DNA of 64,000 bases from Tubulanus polymorphus (GCF_964204645.1 NC_134029.1:15618950-15682949); one strand, 5' to 3'. Shown: positions 48,425-62,975, counted from the stretch's first letter. Numbers and translations: made by a program. The notes: generated from the sequence alone by a model not told the origin.

Positions 48425-49094
48425 CGTTGTTGTCATATCGCGGAATCACGGATTCGCGGAATTTTCCAAAAACACGGAATTTCTTATTTTCACTATAGAT
48501 AGTAACTGTGTTTTTCTACGGGAAACCCCTTGTTGGATAAGGCACCGGACACATGTTTTCATTACCAGTACCTGGTAGGCCTATGCGATAATCTGATACT
48601 TCGAAACGAGAAAATGGAGAACCTTCCAAGGCAATTAATCTATCAACATTGCAGGCTCACAGTAACTTGTGCTTCGGGCCTGTTCCCAAGGGCGAAACCG
48701 CATCTACGAGCTCTGTGTATGTTCCCATTAGCAAACCTTAAACCAATTTGGTAAATACTGCATGGTTAAACGATGGTTTATTTATTTAGACTGCACTGTC
48801 TCACTGGTCGTATTAAGACCATACTTGTTTTATACGGTCAAGAGAAAAAATCCGAATCCGGATTTCGAAGTCGAATCTTGAAGTCGATTAACTTCGATAA
48901 CCGATGTTTTCCCTGGTGCCGATCTCTTTGTCCGACTACATTCTCACTGCTGCTGCAGCTAGTAACTGGCAGCCAGTGAATGGTATCATAAAATAATGCC
49001 AGATAAAATTGCGATTCGACAAAGGGATCCCCGCGTGAAGAATTTATGTTTTTAAAGAATTCCACGATTCCGTCATTCCGCGATATGACCACCG
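48425..49094. mobile_element. Non-autonomous long-TIR DNA transposon (Mutator-like), older copy
   Basis: TIRs CGTTGTTGTCATATCGCGGAAT / ATTCCGCGATATGACCACCG; degenerate 9-bp TSD CTCGTAAAG / CTCATTAAG; related to 52508-53641. Confidence 0.75.
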
Positions 49095-51407
49095 CTCATT
49101 AAGTAATAATCTTGTATTCCATCTCAGTTAGGCAATTTCAAACAACGAAAGTCACTTGAGCTTTCACACTTAGACTGAGACTTATTTTGTTCGTGGCGAA
49201 AAGATGAAAGCGAAGCTTATGTTTTCAAAACTCCATACTACCGTAGTTATCACGTGTATGTACGTTCGAATCCTTCGTATTTTCTATGTCATGAGTTATG
49301 CATTTTCGTAGAATTAACAATTAACGAATTGACCTATTAATTCGTATAAACTACGAATTAAAACCTGAAGAAAAAAATGGTTTCCACTGGCATTGGAACT
49401 AACGCCGCGCGCCGCTGCAATCTATTGCTCAGTATCAACTGGCGGGAAATGCGACATGCTCAGTGGCTATGACAGACGATTAGTTGATAAGCTTGCCAAT
49501 CACTGTCAGCAGGCACGAGAATGTGATACAAATAATCGTTGCAATTTCAATTGTTTTTAAGAAAAGGAACCGTGGATACGGCTGCGAATTATGAAGTACA
49601 AATTATACAATGGAAATAAAAGGGAATAACGAAGGAAACAATCGGAATCATTCATTTTAATACAAATTGGATAGTTTCACGAATTAGCACCGACGATGAG
49701 TTGGCTTAATTAAAAAGTGTTCCGTGGTCTCCTTCTCTTGTCGTTTCCTCTCCAAATCCCGTTTTATTTTAGCCCGGATTTTCCCATTTATAGTTCTTCC
49801 GTGAGATTTACCTCAGCGATTATACAACAAGCAATTGGTGCCGCAAGTTTTCGTGCGGCAAAGCTGCGTATGTACCTGCGCACCCGGTTTACTGTGGCAG
49901 GGGTCTACTGTGGCAGGAGTCTAAACACATAGACGAACCTTATATCAGGTTCGTCTATGTGTGTACACTAGCTCCCACCTCTAAATCAGTGTTGAAAAAA
50001 CTTCACTGTTGATTATGTCGGTCTCTTGCGAGAAAGCCGACCATGAACACAGAAATCCGAAAACCAAATGATGAAAGGAACTGCTGATTTAAATATGAAA
50101 AAACTGTAATAAAATTTCATTTTTATCTAATTTGCAAATTCCCTGCCTTTAAATTCTGAATTTAGATTCCTACTTTGATTGCAAATTCAACACACAACGA
50201 TAGTAACACTAAATACCCGTGCCAAAAGTATTCCGTCTAATAGTTCTGAAAATATACATTCCTTCTTTCGAGGTGTGGCCCCTTTTGTACGACCGAGTCC
50301 ACACCCAAGAACAAATCCAGAACTCGGTCTGCGGCCAGCCAGTAAACCAACGTAGCACCACGACGTAGAGCTGGGGTCACGGTTCTGAGAGTTTTCATTC
50401 GCTTTCGACCTCATGATACCTGTTTATCCGCTCATCTCCCCAAACGCACTGACGGGATCAGCTAAAATCTATTTTACCCTGCCCCATTTCCTTTTTTTTA
50501 AATTTCCGTCTAACACAAATTATGACAAATAACGAATTTCTTCTTACAGTAATGCATGTTATAAGCCGAAATATTCTTTCATACTTATCATTATTCTTCT
50601 ATGGTTTAGCGAGCCTGTCAACAGCCTGGCCGATCAATAATCATTCGTATGCTTAAATACACTATGCTCAAAGCTATTTTTAGCACACAAACAAATGAAA
50701 TTCCAGTAGCCTGTAATTTCACTGCTAACGGGCAAATTAAGGATTAAGCAAAAATGTATGACTTATTTTTTTTATGGTGCGCTAATCGAGCGGACAGGTT
50801 AGCTTCGATCACCCTTCACAAGCTCCACGGACTCCACCGTGTCGTATTCGAAAGCTATTGTTTACGAATATCTCCAAGCTTCCGCGCTCCAGTTTATTGC
50901 GAAATATGGGAGTGCTACCTTCAACGTTTGGAAGCGCATTTTCATTTAAAAAACACATAAAACTTGACATTATAATATAACGAAACCCCTACGTACATAG
51001 CTCTGTGACCGCTAGGGGGCATGAATTTTCTAAAGCTCCTCCCCATTGGTTTTTTTGCAGTTAAGTCATTTTATTTGAGAAATCACAAAAGTTGGTATTA
51101 TTAGTACATATACATATGTGCAATATCCCAACCTATGATCAAAAGTTCTTACAACTGCAACCATGGGACTGTTTAGTTAAAGAACCATATCGTCACCCTC
51201 AAAGCCACTTAATTTTACTAAACTTGGTACAGCAGTTCTTTATCTGTAGTGACCCATATGGATCTACGTTGCTTGGTCGCTAGGTAGCGCTCCTACAAAA
51301 ACGCCCAATGTCGTAAACTAATGTGATCGATATGAATAATACATGTATTAACCAGCAAGGTAAAAGACCGTCATAGTTTAAATCTTTACAATTTTAAATG
51401 CATTTAG

Positions 51408-51536
51408 ATGAGGATGAATGCTTAACCGGAAAACATAAATGTGGGATACATGGTCGTTGTATCAATACCGCCGGAGGGTACGCATGTGATTGTTCGACTG
51501 GTTTTGAAAGAAGCCAAGACGGAAAACATTGCCAAG
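51408..51536 (+). CDS. FBN: Fibrillin exon, cbEGF domain
   Basis: AG|..|GT, 129 nt: DEDECLTGKHKCGIHGRCINTAGGYACDCSTGFERSQDGKHCQ. Confidence 0.92.
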
Positions 51537-52507
51537 GTAGGGTAATATTTGAATAATGCATTTAGATGATTTGATAAATTTGGATAACACCGTTTTGGGT
51601 TACTATGCTCCCCATCGTTTTTCATAATTAATTCAATATGCAAAATGAAAACGCAGAATCTTTATAACATAAAATACTCCTATATTTCACTCGTGTTATT
51701 TGCCAAAGAAGTGAACAGTATCATTCTTTAGTCACCTCATCAGTCCATTACTCAGCAAAGTGCGAAGATCTATCAACCGGTGAAAGTAATAACTTTGTTG
51801 ATATATGGTGCGATTCGAGACCCCTCTCAATCATCTAAATCTATATATCATTAGAAGTGCATTTACTCGGCATCCCTTCAATGGGAAAACGTCCATGGAA
51901 TTGCGTATGATTAATCAAGTTCGAGAATTACGAACGGTTAAATAATAACTGTGCCTTTCTGTCACTGATATGATGCAAAATGAGTGCGAGTGGAAATTTG
52001 TGGCAATCTTAATGGTGGACAGGTAGAAAATTTCTCTGAATTTATTAAGCAAATCTGACTTAGTGAGACAAATTTACATTTGCTTTAAAATAAGGACAGG
52101 ACTATCTTCGTATGATACAATAATAATGTTATTATGTAATTCTTTATGCTTAGTGGATAAATGGACTTTTATCTAAATGTCAAATCTCCAGAAAAAAAAA
52201 CAATGACTTAACGAGGTATGTGTCCTCTTGATTCCTCTTTCAACCACTTATGATCCGCTTTGAGCAAGCAGGAACTTGCTAGAGATCTGTTGCGCTCTGG
52301 TTTTCCCGAGTGTTTCGTTACACACAAATTATTTTCTGTAAGTAGCTACCCAACACCCACTTCGTCACTCTCCTTGAAAATGTGCTTCTTACATCAGCTT
52401 CGAGTTGTGGAACATTCGCTTAGGGTCTCGTTTTTTTTACAAATGTGTGTGTTCCGTGGGACTACAATCCCACTAATGTTGATCCAGCTGCACCACTGGC
52501 TCGTCAT

Positions 52508-53641
52508 CGGTGTTGTCATATCGCGGAAAGACGGAATCGCGGAATTTTCCAAAAACGCGGAATTTCTCCATTTTTACTATAAATAGTAAACGGGTTTTCC
52601 CACGGGGATACCCACTGTCGGACAGGGCACCGGACTCGGGTTTTCAACACCGGGAATTGGTATTTGATAATTTAATATATCGCCAGTAAACAACTTAACG
52701 ATACTGTTCCAAATAATGGAGAACCTAGGCAATACGTGCTTTGCGAATTCAGTGATACAGAGTATCGCTGCATTAACTGAAGGAATACAAATTGATGGTA
52801 CGTAAACGTACGATTTGTGATGACACCATGGGTCATTCCCCAGGACTCATTTCCGAGTAAAGATTTGACTCTGGTCTTTGGATTTAAAACATTGGAAATG
52901 AATTGATTCTAAGTAACTAAGAGTTAACTCACAACTGTGGAACTGGATCGATGTCAGACGAAAATAAATAGACATTATGTATATTTCATTCTGGTTTAGG
53001 ATTGTTCATGCGTGTTGTGTGTTTACATTGTTGTTATAAGCGAATGTGGTTTATCTTTTAGAATTAAATGATATGAAAGATTATAAAATGGTTTCGTTTT
53101 TTTTAATGTTTACTTTGTGACTGCTATAACATATGCTGATTATTTAGATCAAAAGAATCTTATTGGTACCGGTACTGGACGGCCGTAAAATTATAATGAT
53201 TTCAAAGGAATTTGAACCGGTACTTGGTCGTAGGATTTCATGTTTGCAACCATCTACAACTACGGTCCGACACCGCGAACGTGCTCAATATTTATCTGAT
53301 AATATTCGTTTCTGAAGTTCTCAAAAAGTCGATGAACTTCGATAACCGAAGTTTGCCTAGTAGAAATAGACATTAGGTGCCTGGTCTCTTTCACCCCACT
53401 TGATTTTGTATTCTTCTACAGGTGGCAGCCAGTCAACGGTATCGTAATATAATAATTCCATATAAAATTGCCTGCAAATAATGGGATTCGAACTTAACTC
53501 GTTGCATCGATCGGTCCGGTGCCCTGTCCGACAGTGGGTATCCCCGTGGGAAAACCCGTTTACTATTTAAAGTAAAAATGAAGAAATTCCGCGTTTTTGG
53601 AAAATTCCGTGATTCCGTCTTTCCGCGATATGACAACACCG
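52508..53641. mobile_element. Non-autonomous long-TIR DNA transposon (Mutator-like) carrying a USP Cys-box fragment
   Basis: ~125-bp near-perfect TIRs starting CGGTGTTGTCATATCGCGGAAAGACGGAAT; perfect 9-bp TSD GCTCGTCAT at 52499-52507 and 53642-53650. Confidence 0.88.
52716..52797 (+). pseudogene. Ubiquitin-specific protease (peptidase C19) Cys-box exon fragment
   Basis: MENLGNTCFANSVIQSIAALTEGIQID followed by a donor-like G|GTACGT; matches the USP signature NLGNTC(F/Y)xNSxxQ. Confidence 0.7.
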
Positions 53642-53994
53642 GCTCGTCATTCGTCGTTTCTTCATTGCTTCACATTGCTTCTTTATTTTTCTTCCTATGG
53701 TTACATCCGTTCTATTTTCTCTCCCCCTAACACTTATATACTAATTTGTACATGTCTCACAATCCTAAACCATGACACCACCAGCTTTTTTACCATGTTT
53801 GGTATGTTCAATTCATGCTATTTCAATCGTACTCCATCCTGAACAACGCTAACCATCTATCATAAGCCCCAATGTTTAGTAAATAACTTTAAATGCTCTT
53901 ATATAGATTCCATAAAACAAAACAAGATCATTCCTTCAGTGCATTTACAGTTCTACTGTGTATCTTATTACGATTTATGCATTCATTTATTTAG

Positions 53995-54144
53995 ATAAAC
54001 GCGAAGGATATTGTTTTCACATGTTTACTGGAAGTCGATGCATTAGAACTTCTACTATAAGTCGTACAACACGTATCCAGTGTTGCTGTGCAACAGGAGC
54101 TGCTTGGGGAAGCCACTGTGAAGCTTGTCCTAGAAAAGGAACCC
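53995..54144 (+). CDS. FBN: Fibrillin exon, TB (8-Cys) domain first part
   Basis: AG|..|GT, 150 nt: DKREGYCFHMFTGSRC...IQCCCATGAAWGSHCEACPRKGT; resembles the DNREGYCF...CCC...WGxHCExCP TB7 domain of fibrillin. Confidence 0.93.
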
Positions 54145-54299
54145 GTAAGTAGTATGTCTGCGTAACCAGAACGTTTTGTGCAAACGCTTTCTTTGTGATG
54201 CTTGCCGTTTCAAGCCCATTCGATTACTCGTGGTGCGTAACGGTGCTTAAACGTTCGCAGCTGAGCGTGTAGGAAGGTATTTACGATCGCAAAAATATT

Positions 54300-54945
54300 G
54301 GTTTAGAAAAGCCAATCAGAAAGCAAAGACTCCTCTATGATTGGCTTAGCCGCAGAGATCAACAGGCGTTCACGTGAACCCGCGGTATCGTCTACCGTTT
54401 TACTTCCGTGTTTTACTTTAAGATCTAAAATTGTATTTCAAGATCGATTTCTGTGAAAGCTTTAGTTGATTTGGTTTTTGGGAGGAATATTTTTATAAGC
54501 ACTACCGAAAATGTCATTGACAAAATAGCTTTTTCTCAAATTGGATAGATGACCTTGATATGCTAATTAGCCATGTGCTAAAACTGCAAATTCAATCAAA
54601 TTTTATTCTGCAAAAAATATCAAATCCAATTCAATTCTACTTTCTTGAACAAATAAAAACATCAAATCCAATTCAATGTTGTTTTATTAAGCAACTTTCA
54701 GAAAATTGAATTCCATTCCGCATTAGAATCAATAAGACCAAGGGAAACATCTGAGGTATTTTTTCCTGCCAGCTCCAGTCGCTGTATGTGCTACATTTGT
54801 ACTCTACGGTTGTATTGTGTAAATTATTAGGTATTGACTCTGAGCTGGGAGTGTATTTTGACAAATTAAACCCACAGAATGCATCATCATTTGCCATTTT
54901 TGAAAATCTGACAGGCTGGCCATAGTGCCCCTTGGGGCTCTTGTT
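54300..54945 (+). mobile_element. HINE-like element 3' portion, family D
   Basis: Repeat of 38200-38852. Confidence 0.65.
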
Positions 54946-56171
54946 CATTCGAATAATCGTTCGATCGAACAGAATCATTTTAATTTGAACAGAATTTTCT
55001 TGTCAGAACATTAAGTTTTTCGTTCGAACAAGTATATTGTAAAAAGTTTTTTCTCCGAACCAAAAGTATTAAGTATTTCGTTCAATCGAACAGAATTGTT
55101 TTCATTCAAACATTCGTTCGAAAAAAATTGTTTTCGCTCAACCAAATTTTTTTGCCGGGACAAAACGTTTTTCATTTCAACAATAACTTAGCTTTTAATT
55201 CGAACACATTCTTTTGTCAGAATGAAAAAAGGTTTTGGTTCAAACAAAAAGCGTATTGTTCAATCAAACAGAATCGTTTTCATTCGAACAAGATTTTCTT
55301 GTTGAAACATTAAGTTTTTTGTTCGAACAGATATATTGTTCGATCGAAGCGTTTTTCGTTCCAAAGAGCAAAATTCTGGTGGAACTAAATAGTCTTTTCA
55401 TTACCCGGTACAATGAGTAATCTTTATTCAAACAGAATAATCTTCTTATTCGAACACAAAGGTATAATCTGAACCTGGGTTTACTTTGTATCCAATATCC
55501 ATATTATATCTTTCTGGTTGAAGCCCATCTTCCATGTTTCTGACCATGAACGGAACACAGCTTGTTTAGGTCGTTTTGGAAATATACTTTGTCGGGTACA
55601 TTTTAAATTAGGTCGTTTTGGAAATATACTCTGTCCGGTACATTTTGAATTACTCTGTATATTATCTATCAGGAGAGCGAAGAGAAGACGGCTGAGGATA
55701 CTACCTTGCGTGACTCCGCTAGTTAGACCGATTTATTCCAAGATGAGACAGTTTCGTTAAATTCGGCCACCTGTTTTCGTTCAGAGAAATATGCTGAGCC
55801 ATTTAAGCGACCCATCATTGATACCGTTTCCGAATAGCTTATTTAGTAATCCCTGATGTTGGACCTTATTAAATGCTTTTTTAAGAAATCCATTAAGATT
55901 AATTGAGGCCTAACAGTCCATTTTCCAGGGTCAAATAACCATCTGGTCCAGTCATCCATGGTTTCAAAGTATGCCTCATTGACTGTTTGTCAACCGTCCT
56001 TTTATAAAACTGTTTTGACAGTTGAACAGGATTCTAAATTCCCTTCGATTTTTATGGTATGTTGCGGCTGCATCAGCTTACACGCGATCGTCGACACAAT
56101 ATTCAGCCAAGATCAAGAATACAAACGAGGATGTGCAGAAAACCTGTAATCGCTGCTTTGCAGTTATATTT
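54945..56171 (+). mobile_element. HINE family A, 3' portion
   Basis: TTCGAAC-rich block as at 9330-9678 and 23630-23920, tail as at 23950-24395; ends GTGCAGAAAACCTGTAATCGCTGCTTTGCAGTTATATTT. Confidence 0.7.
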
Positions 56172-57873
56172 CTGATTTTGTATTGATTTCGGAATATATT
56201 TTTGGGAAAGATATATTTTTTTAAACGCAGTCCGAATATATATATTTTTGAAAAGATATATTTTTCCATTTTGTGTTTTTGCGAAAAAAATATATTTCTA
56301 GAAACGCGTTTCAAATATATTTCTATTTTCTAAAAATATATTTTTGATTTCGAGTTTTCGCGAAAAAATATATTTTTGAAAATTTGTTTCGAATATATTT
56401 ATTTTCAAAAAATATATTCTTGATTTTGTGTATTTCGCAATATATTTTTTCTGCTTCGAATATATTGGAAACGCGTTTGAAATATATTCTCAAAACATAT
56501 TTTCAGAAATGCATTTCATTTATTCCGGGAAATGCATTCATGGCGTTTTTGTGCAGGTTTTCCACAACATATTCTTCCTCCTACGATTCAGGTGTCCTAT
56601 GAAGATCCAAAAGACCTATAACCGATTATAAACATATTTGTTATATGAAACTCTGGTAATTCTGAATTCATTCCTGCCATTATATTACCTACATTTTGTT
56701 GACATGAAATCCTTCAGTCGTTCGAACTAGGGGTAAGGGACACCATGCCCACTGAATTAGTAAAAACTCGACTTGGCAATATTTACATTATTTACATAAT
56801 ACATTTAATTCCCCCTGGTGAACACATACAGAAACCCACTACTATCATAGAACATGTGGGCATATAGTTGCCTGCTTGTCACATAGAGACCTTAGCATTA
56901 TACGATCCGAAAAATGTGCTGCACCAATCTGATTGCTTGTATAAGACAGATTAATATATAGTTACAAAAAGAACAGCAGGTGGGTTTTAGAGTGGCGGTG
57001 TCTCTTAATGCTATCAGGTTCGAAGGGAGGGGACTCTTGGTGGACATATGAGTTTTACAGCTCTTTACATCAACACAATGAGATTAATATCAATTGGATC
57101 TGAAACTCATCAAAATTTGAGTTCCTGATAGTTAGAATATAAGATTTTTTCACATGACCTTCAATGATGTTATATATGTGCTACATTTCTAGTCTTTGGG
57201 TTTACTATGAATCTTCTGGAAATTACAAGTTTCAGTAAAATGTTATCGTATTGAATAGCTTTTAATCTCAAGAGGTTTATGAAATAATTTCTTTACATAT
57301 ATCTTATACATATACATTTTACGTACCTTTTATTGATAGTTCTCGTACCACACAAAATAGTGAGCCTTGAAATGTAGCACACACAAAATGAAATAGCAAT
57401 TTAAATGAGCAAAAATTCAAAAATGACGATACAAAATAACAATGGGTCAAGAGATTCAATGTAATGACAAACTAGGGGTCCAGGGACAGTATGCCCACTT
57501 CTAACTCTATAGGGTGGATATACCATTATACTAAAATTTGAATTCATATATGGACGGACGGACGAACACATGAAAAGTAAGCGCAATATCCCTGGAGGCT
57601 ACGCCCTAAAATGGGCTCCTTACATGTATTACAAATATGAGTAATAACATTATACATAATTTCCATTTATAGCTTATCGCCAGAAGTAATGTCTCATTGA
57701 TCAGTTCCATTATTATTTGGGTACAGCTGCTAGATTCACTGAGTTTATTTCGCATCATTCCACTCATGTCTTGTTTGTAGACTATGAAATTTATGCATTC
57801 ATGCATGTTCTGAAGTAGAAGATTAAAAAGATTCACACGGAATCTGAATAAAAAGAAATTTTGCAAAGAATCC

Positions 57874-58122
57874 GTTAACCATGGTGGCTGATTCGGGCCA
57901 CGCCAACATTTTTCGAGCACTAAAAATCTCAAAGCAAAATTGATAGCGAGAAAACAAATATTAACGCGAGAAAACAAATATTAACGCGAGAAAACAAATA
58001 TTTCGAGCGAGAAAACAAATATTTCGAGCGAGAAAACAGAATAATTTGATTTCTCGCCCGAAATATTTGTTTTCTCGCGTTTATATTTGTTTTGGCGGGG
58101 CGAATCAGCCACCATAGTTAAC
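57874..58122. mobile_element. MITE with 22-bp TIRs and internal inverted 20-21-bp subrepeats
   Basis: GTTAACCATGGTGGCTGATTCG / CGAATCAGCCACCATAGTTAAC; internal repeats of GCGAGAAAACAAATATT and their reverse complements. Confidence 0.8.
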
Positions 58123-59985
58123 CGATAAAAATTCAGCGATGATTATTAATGCCTTATTTCATAATGAAAGAGTGTTCACTTTTTACATTACATTTGGAAT
58201 AGAGCTACAAACTAATTAACTAGATGATACCATATAACACTAGTACACAATCTTAGGACTAAGGGCAAGCTTTATTCAAAAGCTGTGACAAAAACTTGAG
58301 ATTTTTTGTGCTGAGAATAATTACCTCCAATGGCTTTCACGTGGTGTTGATTCAGCACTGTCACCCTTCACTTAGAACATGGGTTCCAATGGTTTGTGTA
58401 AAAAAAAAACTTACCTATGTCTTCCATTTGCCAAGTCAATTGAAAATGCAGTCAGTTCCGATATTGATCTGAAAATGATGAGTAAATCAATATCTGCAGG
58501 CGGGTTGAGACGATTTGGGCGGGGATAATTCTGGCCTGGACAAATTTGACTGATGCTAACTAGGATAGTGCTAAAATTACTCATTCATTAACAGGATTAG
58601 TGTGAGTCACACAAAACCAGTTAGCATTAAAATAGATTAATCTTATAAACCCAGTGCATTTTCCAAATTTGGCCTGGGTCAAGCGGGCACAGACCAATTT
58701 GGAACCAGTTTGAACGATTGGCTCGGGCCAAATTTGAACTGGTTCAAAAAATGCTACTGAGCCAAAAATGCTATGAGCCAGACAAGAATCAAGTTTGGCC
58801 TAATTCCAGTCACTATCATTATGGCCCTGCAGGTGTATAATCTATTTAGGCCTAGGCCTAACTCTCATGCTCATCGTGTAATCTAGGCCTATTTATTGCT
58901 TGAACTTATAAGCTAGTCATGCAGTACTTTGCAATTGCATCAATCATGAAATATAGTTTTGCATTTGATTTGATTTAATTGATTTGGTGCACGCCGCACA
59001 TACGTTGTACCGAATACAGTACTTAATTAACATAACGTCGACTACCAGTGCAATATTTGATGTAACACAAGAAATACTTGCCTTGGAGCTTGAATCTTAA
59101 ACAACAGACTCTCCCAACTAAGAGATTAACCATAAAAAATGATTTAAAAAGGCAATGAATTCACTGGAAATAATTGCAAATGGCGCCGTACTGCCTGTAT
59201 GCTCAATCCCAGTCCTTTGCAATCCGTCGTGTACGGGTTCGAATCCCGAAAAAACTGATATTGTTTTCAAACTTGTTTTTAATATTCATGATTTTAAAAG
59301 TTAACATTAACAGCTAACACTCATAATAAACTTTTTTATTAATTTAGACGAATGAAAATACAAACTCTATATCAAACTTTCTGTGGTTGAATGAATGAAT
59401 GCTCGTACTGGTTTTTGCACGGTACTGTTAAATAAAAGCCCATAGAACTACTAAAAATACGCGATTTTCTTCTCTGAAAGTGTCTTTCAATCAAGTTTTG
59501 GAAATTTTTTTATTTCATATTTAACTTTTCTGACAAAATATATTTTTTTTGAAATGCAGATGTAAAAAATATATTTTGATAAATACGTATTTTTGAAGAT
59601 ATATTTCGAAAAATGCTTTACTTCATGACACTTGCGACTTTGATAAATCAAGATTTTATATGATAATTCCTTTCGTTTTCTGCTCAAGTAGCCTAGATTC
59701 GCATATACATGTAGTTCCCTCAGAAATTCCCTCAGTGAAAGAACATCTGTAAGCACCAATATTCTACTTGTATGCCCTTTAACTGATGCTCTAGTTAAAC
59801 CTTTTGCTTTGTTAGTTTATCAATAAAAAGGAAAAAGAACTGCATCTTATTAAGTTCTTTTTTAAGTCAAATTCCTATCATACTTCCTATCATACCCCTT
59901 CTATCCTGTAATAGTAGTGATAATATACTAACGGATGCATTTTGTATAGATAAAGAGTGAATAAAATATCAGTCTTTTGTTTTAG

Positions 59986-60039
59986 GTAGGTACGGTGATA
60001 TGTGTCCATTCGGGCCTGGTTATGACAACACTGGACGTG
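59986..60039 (+). CDS. FBN: Fibrillin exon, TB domain second part
   Basis: TTTTAG|..|GTAAG, 54 nt, in frame with the previous exon: RRYGDMCPFGPGYDNTGR; supplies the last TB cysteine (CPxGxG). Confidence 0.85.
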
Positions 60040-60130
60040 GTAAGTAATGCATCTTACACGTTGTCCACTTCATTATTAATAAGACGTCTGAGCCTCTAAA
60101 AACCTACATGTTGGTACATTACAGTAATTT

Positions 60131-61100
60131 GTTAGCCCACTTGGGACTTAAATCCCAGCGGGCTATTGCATTTGCTTTTCGTCCGTCCGTCCGTCCGTCC
60201 ATCTGCGTGAGAAAAATTGGGGCGATCGGACTCGAGATGCAGTTCTGTGACCTTTCTGTGCCCAAAATTGTCAATGTCGGCCTGAACTATTGAGTCATAT
60301 AGCTACCTAATGGTTTAGCATTGTTCATTGCAATTGGTGGGTATTCTATGAAAACTGATCTTTATTGCATTTCACAGGTAATTTCGATCCGCCTATCGTC
60401 ACGCGATTGGCGGCCATCTTAGTGCCCTCAGTACTCAGTCATAGGAGCAAAAAGGATTTTTGGGTAGGAAAATAACAGCAGGTTTGAACTTATACCCTTC
60501 ATATTCGATCATTATTAGCACAGTCATATGATAATTCTCCTCATGTGGAATTTGGGATCACCCAATTCTTCGTTCTTGCCACCAGGGGAGTTAGATATTG
60601 AATAATATACAATTTGTCTACTCAAAATGGTACCTATGCATATTTTGTCACTACAATCGATTGCAAACTTGTGGCTCATGGCATATTCTATGATAATGGT
60701 GAATTTCAAGGTCATTGGTTTCAATATATTGTCACCAGGGGGCGTTGAATAATTGAATAATAATAATAGTAGAATAATTTCGTATTTCCATATTATATTG
60801 CTACCTAGGCAGATTTTGTTACCACAAAATATTGCAAAACTCTAACTCATGACATGTTCTATGATTGTGGTGAGTTTCACGGTCATTAGAGTTTGTTAAT
60901 GGTTACCAGGTGTTTGTATATAGTCACCATGCATTATTGTATCCTAGGCATATTTTGTTACCACAATCAATTTCAAAGTTGTAGTTCATAACATGTTCTA
61001 CGTTTGTAGTAGGTTTCAAGGTATTTGCTTTTTGTCACCAGGGGAGGCGTTGAATAGTAGGATAACTTAGTATTTTCATATCATATTGGTAAAATCAATA
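60131..61100 (+). mobile_element. DINE/HINE-like element, family C, 3'-truncated
   Basis: TTAGCCCACTTGGGACTTAAATCCC head, (GTCC)n and subrepeats shared with 29480-30587. Confidence 0.7.
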
Positions 61101-61249
61101 GCAAATTTGAATACTATTATGTCACTATTATTATTATGCTATTATGTTATTTCACTGTAAGATAACCCCCGTCATCTACGTGGTGCAATCGACATAAGCA
61201 ATAATATTTTTAGAAATTTGAGTGTATAAATCTGTGAGTGTATTAACCT

Positions 61250-62100
61250 CAATCGCGAGAGATTGAAAAGATTAACGCACAAATTTGACCAAAGACACTT
61301 CAAATGAATATTTCGATAACATACTTAGTGGATTGGATGCTAATTGAAAAAATAGCAGAAACTACTGGTCATTGATCAAAATCTTCTTGGAAATAAATTT
61401 ATTGGAAATATAACCAGTTTAGCAAATCCATCAAATAACACTACTTGTCGCAGCACCTTGGTGAAGCTTACCTTCTTCATAAAACTTTCTCTAAAACTAC
61501 CAAACGATCCTCTCTTAATCCGAACTAACCAATATTCGCTCATCAAAATAATGTGGCTATTGAAAACCAAAATCTTTATCCTAATTATTTGTAAAACAAT
61601 ACTAGCCAAAATACTAACGTTATTCCTCAATGAAATTTTTTCGATTTATCAAAATCAATCCAGTTTCCTTGCTGGCCACTTGGACTTGGCCACTTGGACA
61701 GACCCTAGCAACTGGAAATGAAACTATACAACAAGAATTACATCGAATTTCATTTTGCGTTAAAATGGGTGCTTCATTTCCAAGCTTCTAAATGTATTGA
61801 CATGACCTTCACCAAAACAGGATCTAGAACATATACCATCCTTTAATATTTTCCCAAAATATCATCCCTATGGCAAAATCACATAACCATGTAGGTTTTA
61901 TTCCCTATCGGAATTTAATCTTTAATTCTTATGTGGAATATCTACCTAACATAATTCAAAAATTATATAACCCCTTGAGAAGTCTTTCCGGAACAGTCAA
62001 AAGTGGTCATCTAAAACGCCATGTATTGCTCATTCATTCTGCCCAAATATCATGATCGTGATATTCTATGCTATATTACATCGAACATATAACTTCACGA
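61250..62100 (+). mobile_element. Possible highly degraded CR1/L2-type LINE fragment
   Basis: Broken frames reading NYWSLIK.LLGNK, TNVIPL, and a C-terminal CPKY-like segment; weak. Confidence 0.3.
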
Positions 62101-62744
62101 ACTTGAGAAAGTCCACTACAATGCTGACCGTTCAGCAACCTGTTGCATTCATGGCTCTAATACCTCAAATACCTCTCCATCTCAAACTAGCAGCCCCTGT
62201 CATTAAGAACATTATATGTTCATGGAACTCAGTATCATGTACTAGTTAATATACATGAACACCGTTTCAAATTCTCAGTTGCCGAGTTTTGTTCTCTCAT
62301 TCTATACACCCACGTTTTGTAAGAAACCCCAGACCATCCTCCATACCATTTAACACACCGGCTCAATCCCACCCATCCCGTTCCGCATGCGTATCTAATC
62401 ATTGATACTGATGCCAACATTAGGACCCCCGTGTACTCGTTGTCGTTTCAAATTAAGCCGTCTACTTTAAAAATTTCACTGTTTCCGCCCCGTACGTTAA
62501 GACCCTCAGTCGACGCAAGGGAATCCAACTAAATCTTCTCGAGCAGACTACTAGGAAAAGGCCAACTCTTTAATCACAATTCCACCTCCATCGATATAGA
62601 TTCAACTAGTGTAAACTAATTCACCATGGCCAACAAGACCTGACACACAATATCAACTTCATCATCGTATTGCAGACAGCTAAATCCTGAATGACATTAT
62701 ACGCTCTGTTAACATATCAACTCTGTAACGTGTGCATACATTTT

Positions 62745-62975
62745 TAGGGTTTTCTGACTTCTTGTAATTCTGTTGATTAATATTATTTACATATTTTCCA
62801 CTTTTTTTCATCACAAAATTCATCTTCTCTCGGATTCGACAACTAACAGCTACTAAACGGAATGTTGAATTCTGATTGAAATATAACAGACTTTCTCTCT
62901 GCGTAGATTCTATCAATGCACTCTCCATCATATTTTAAACTTAAAATTACTTTCAGACAGCTAACACCGGTGGAA
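62745..62975 (+). mobile_element. HINE family B 5' end
   Basis: Matches 15271-15515; the element may extend toward the window end. Confidence 0.6.

Noticed and set aside
56165-56535. ORFs in the ATATATTT-rich block, also 59487-59759
   Set aside because: Low-complexity degenerate repeat, probably a MITE interior.
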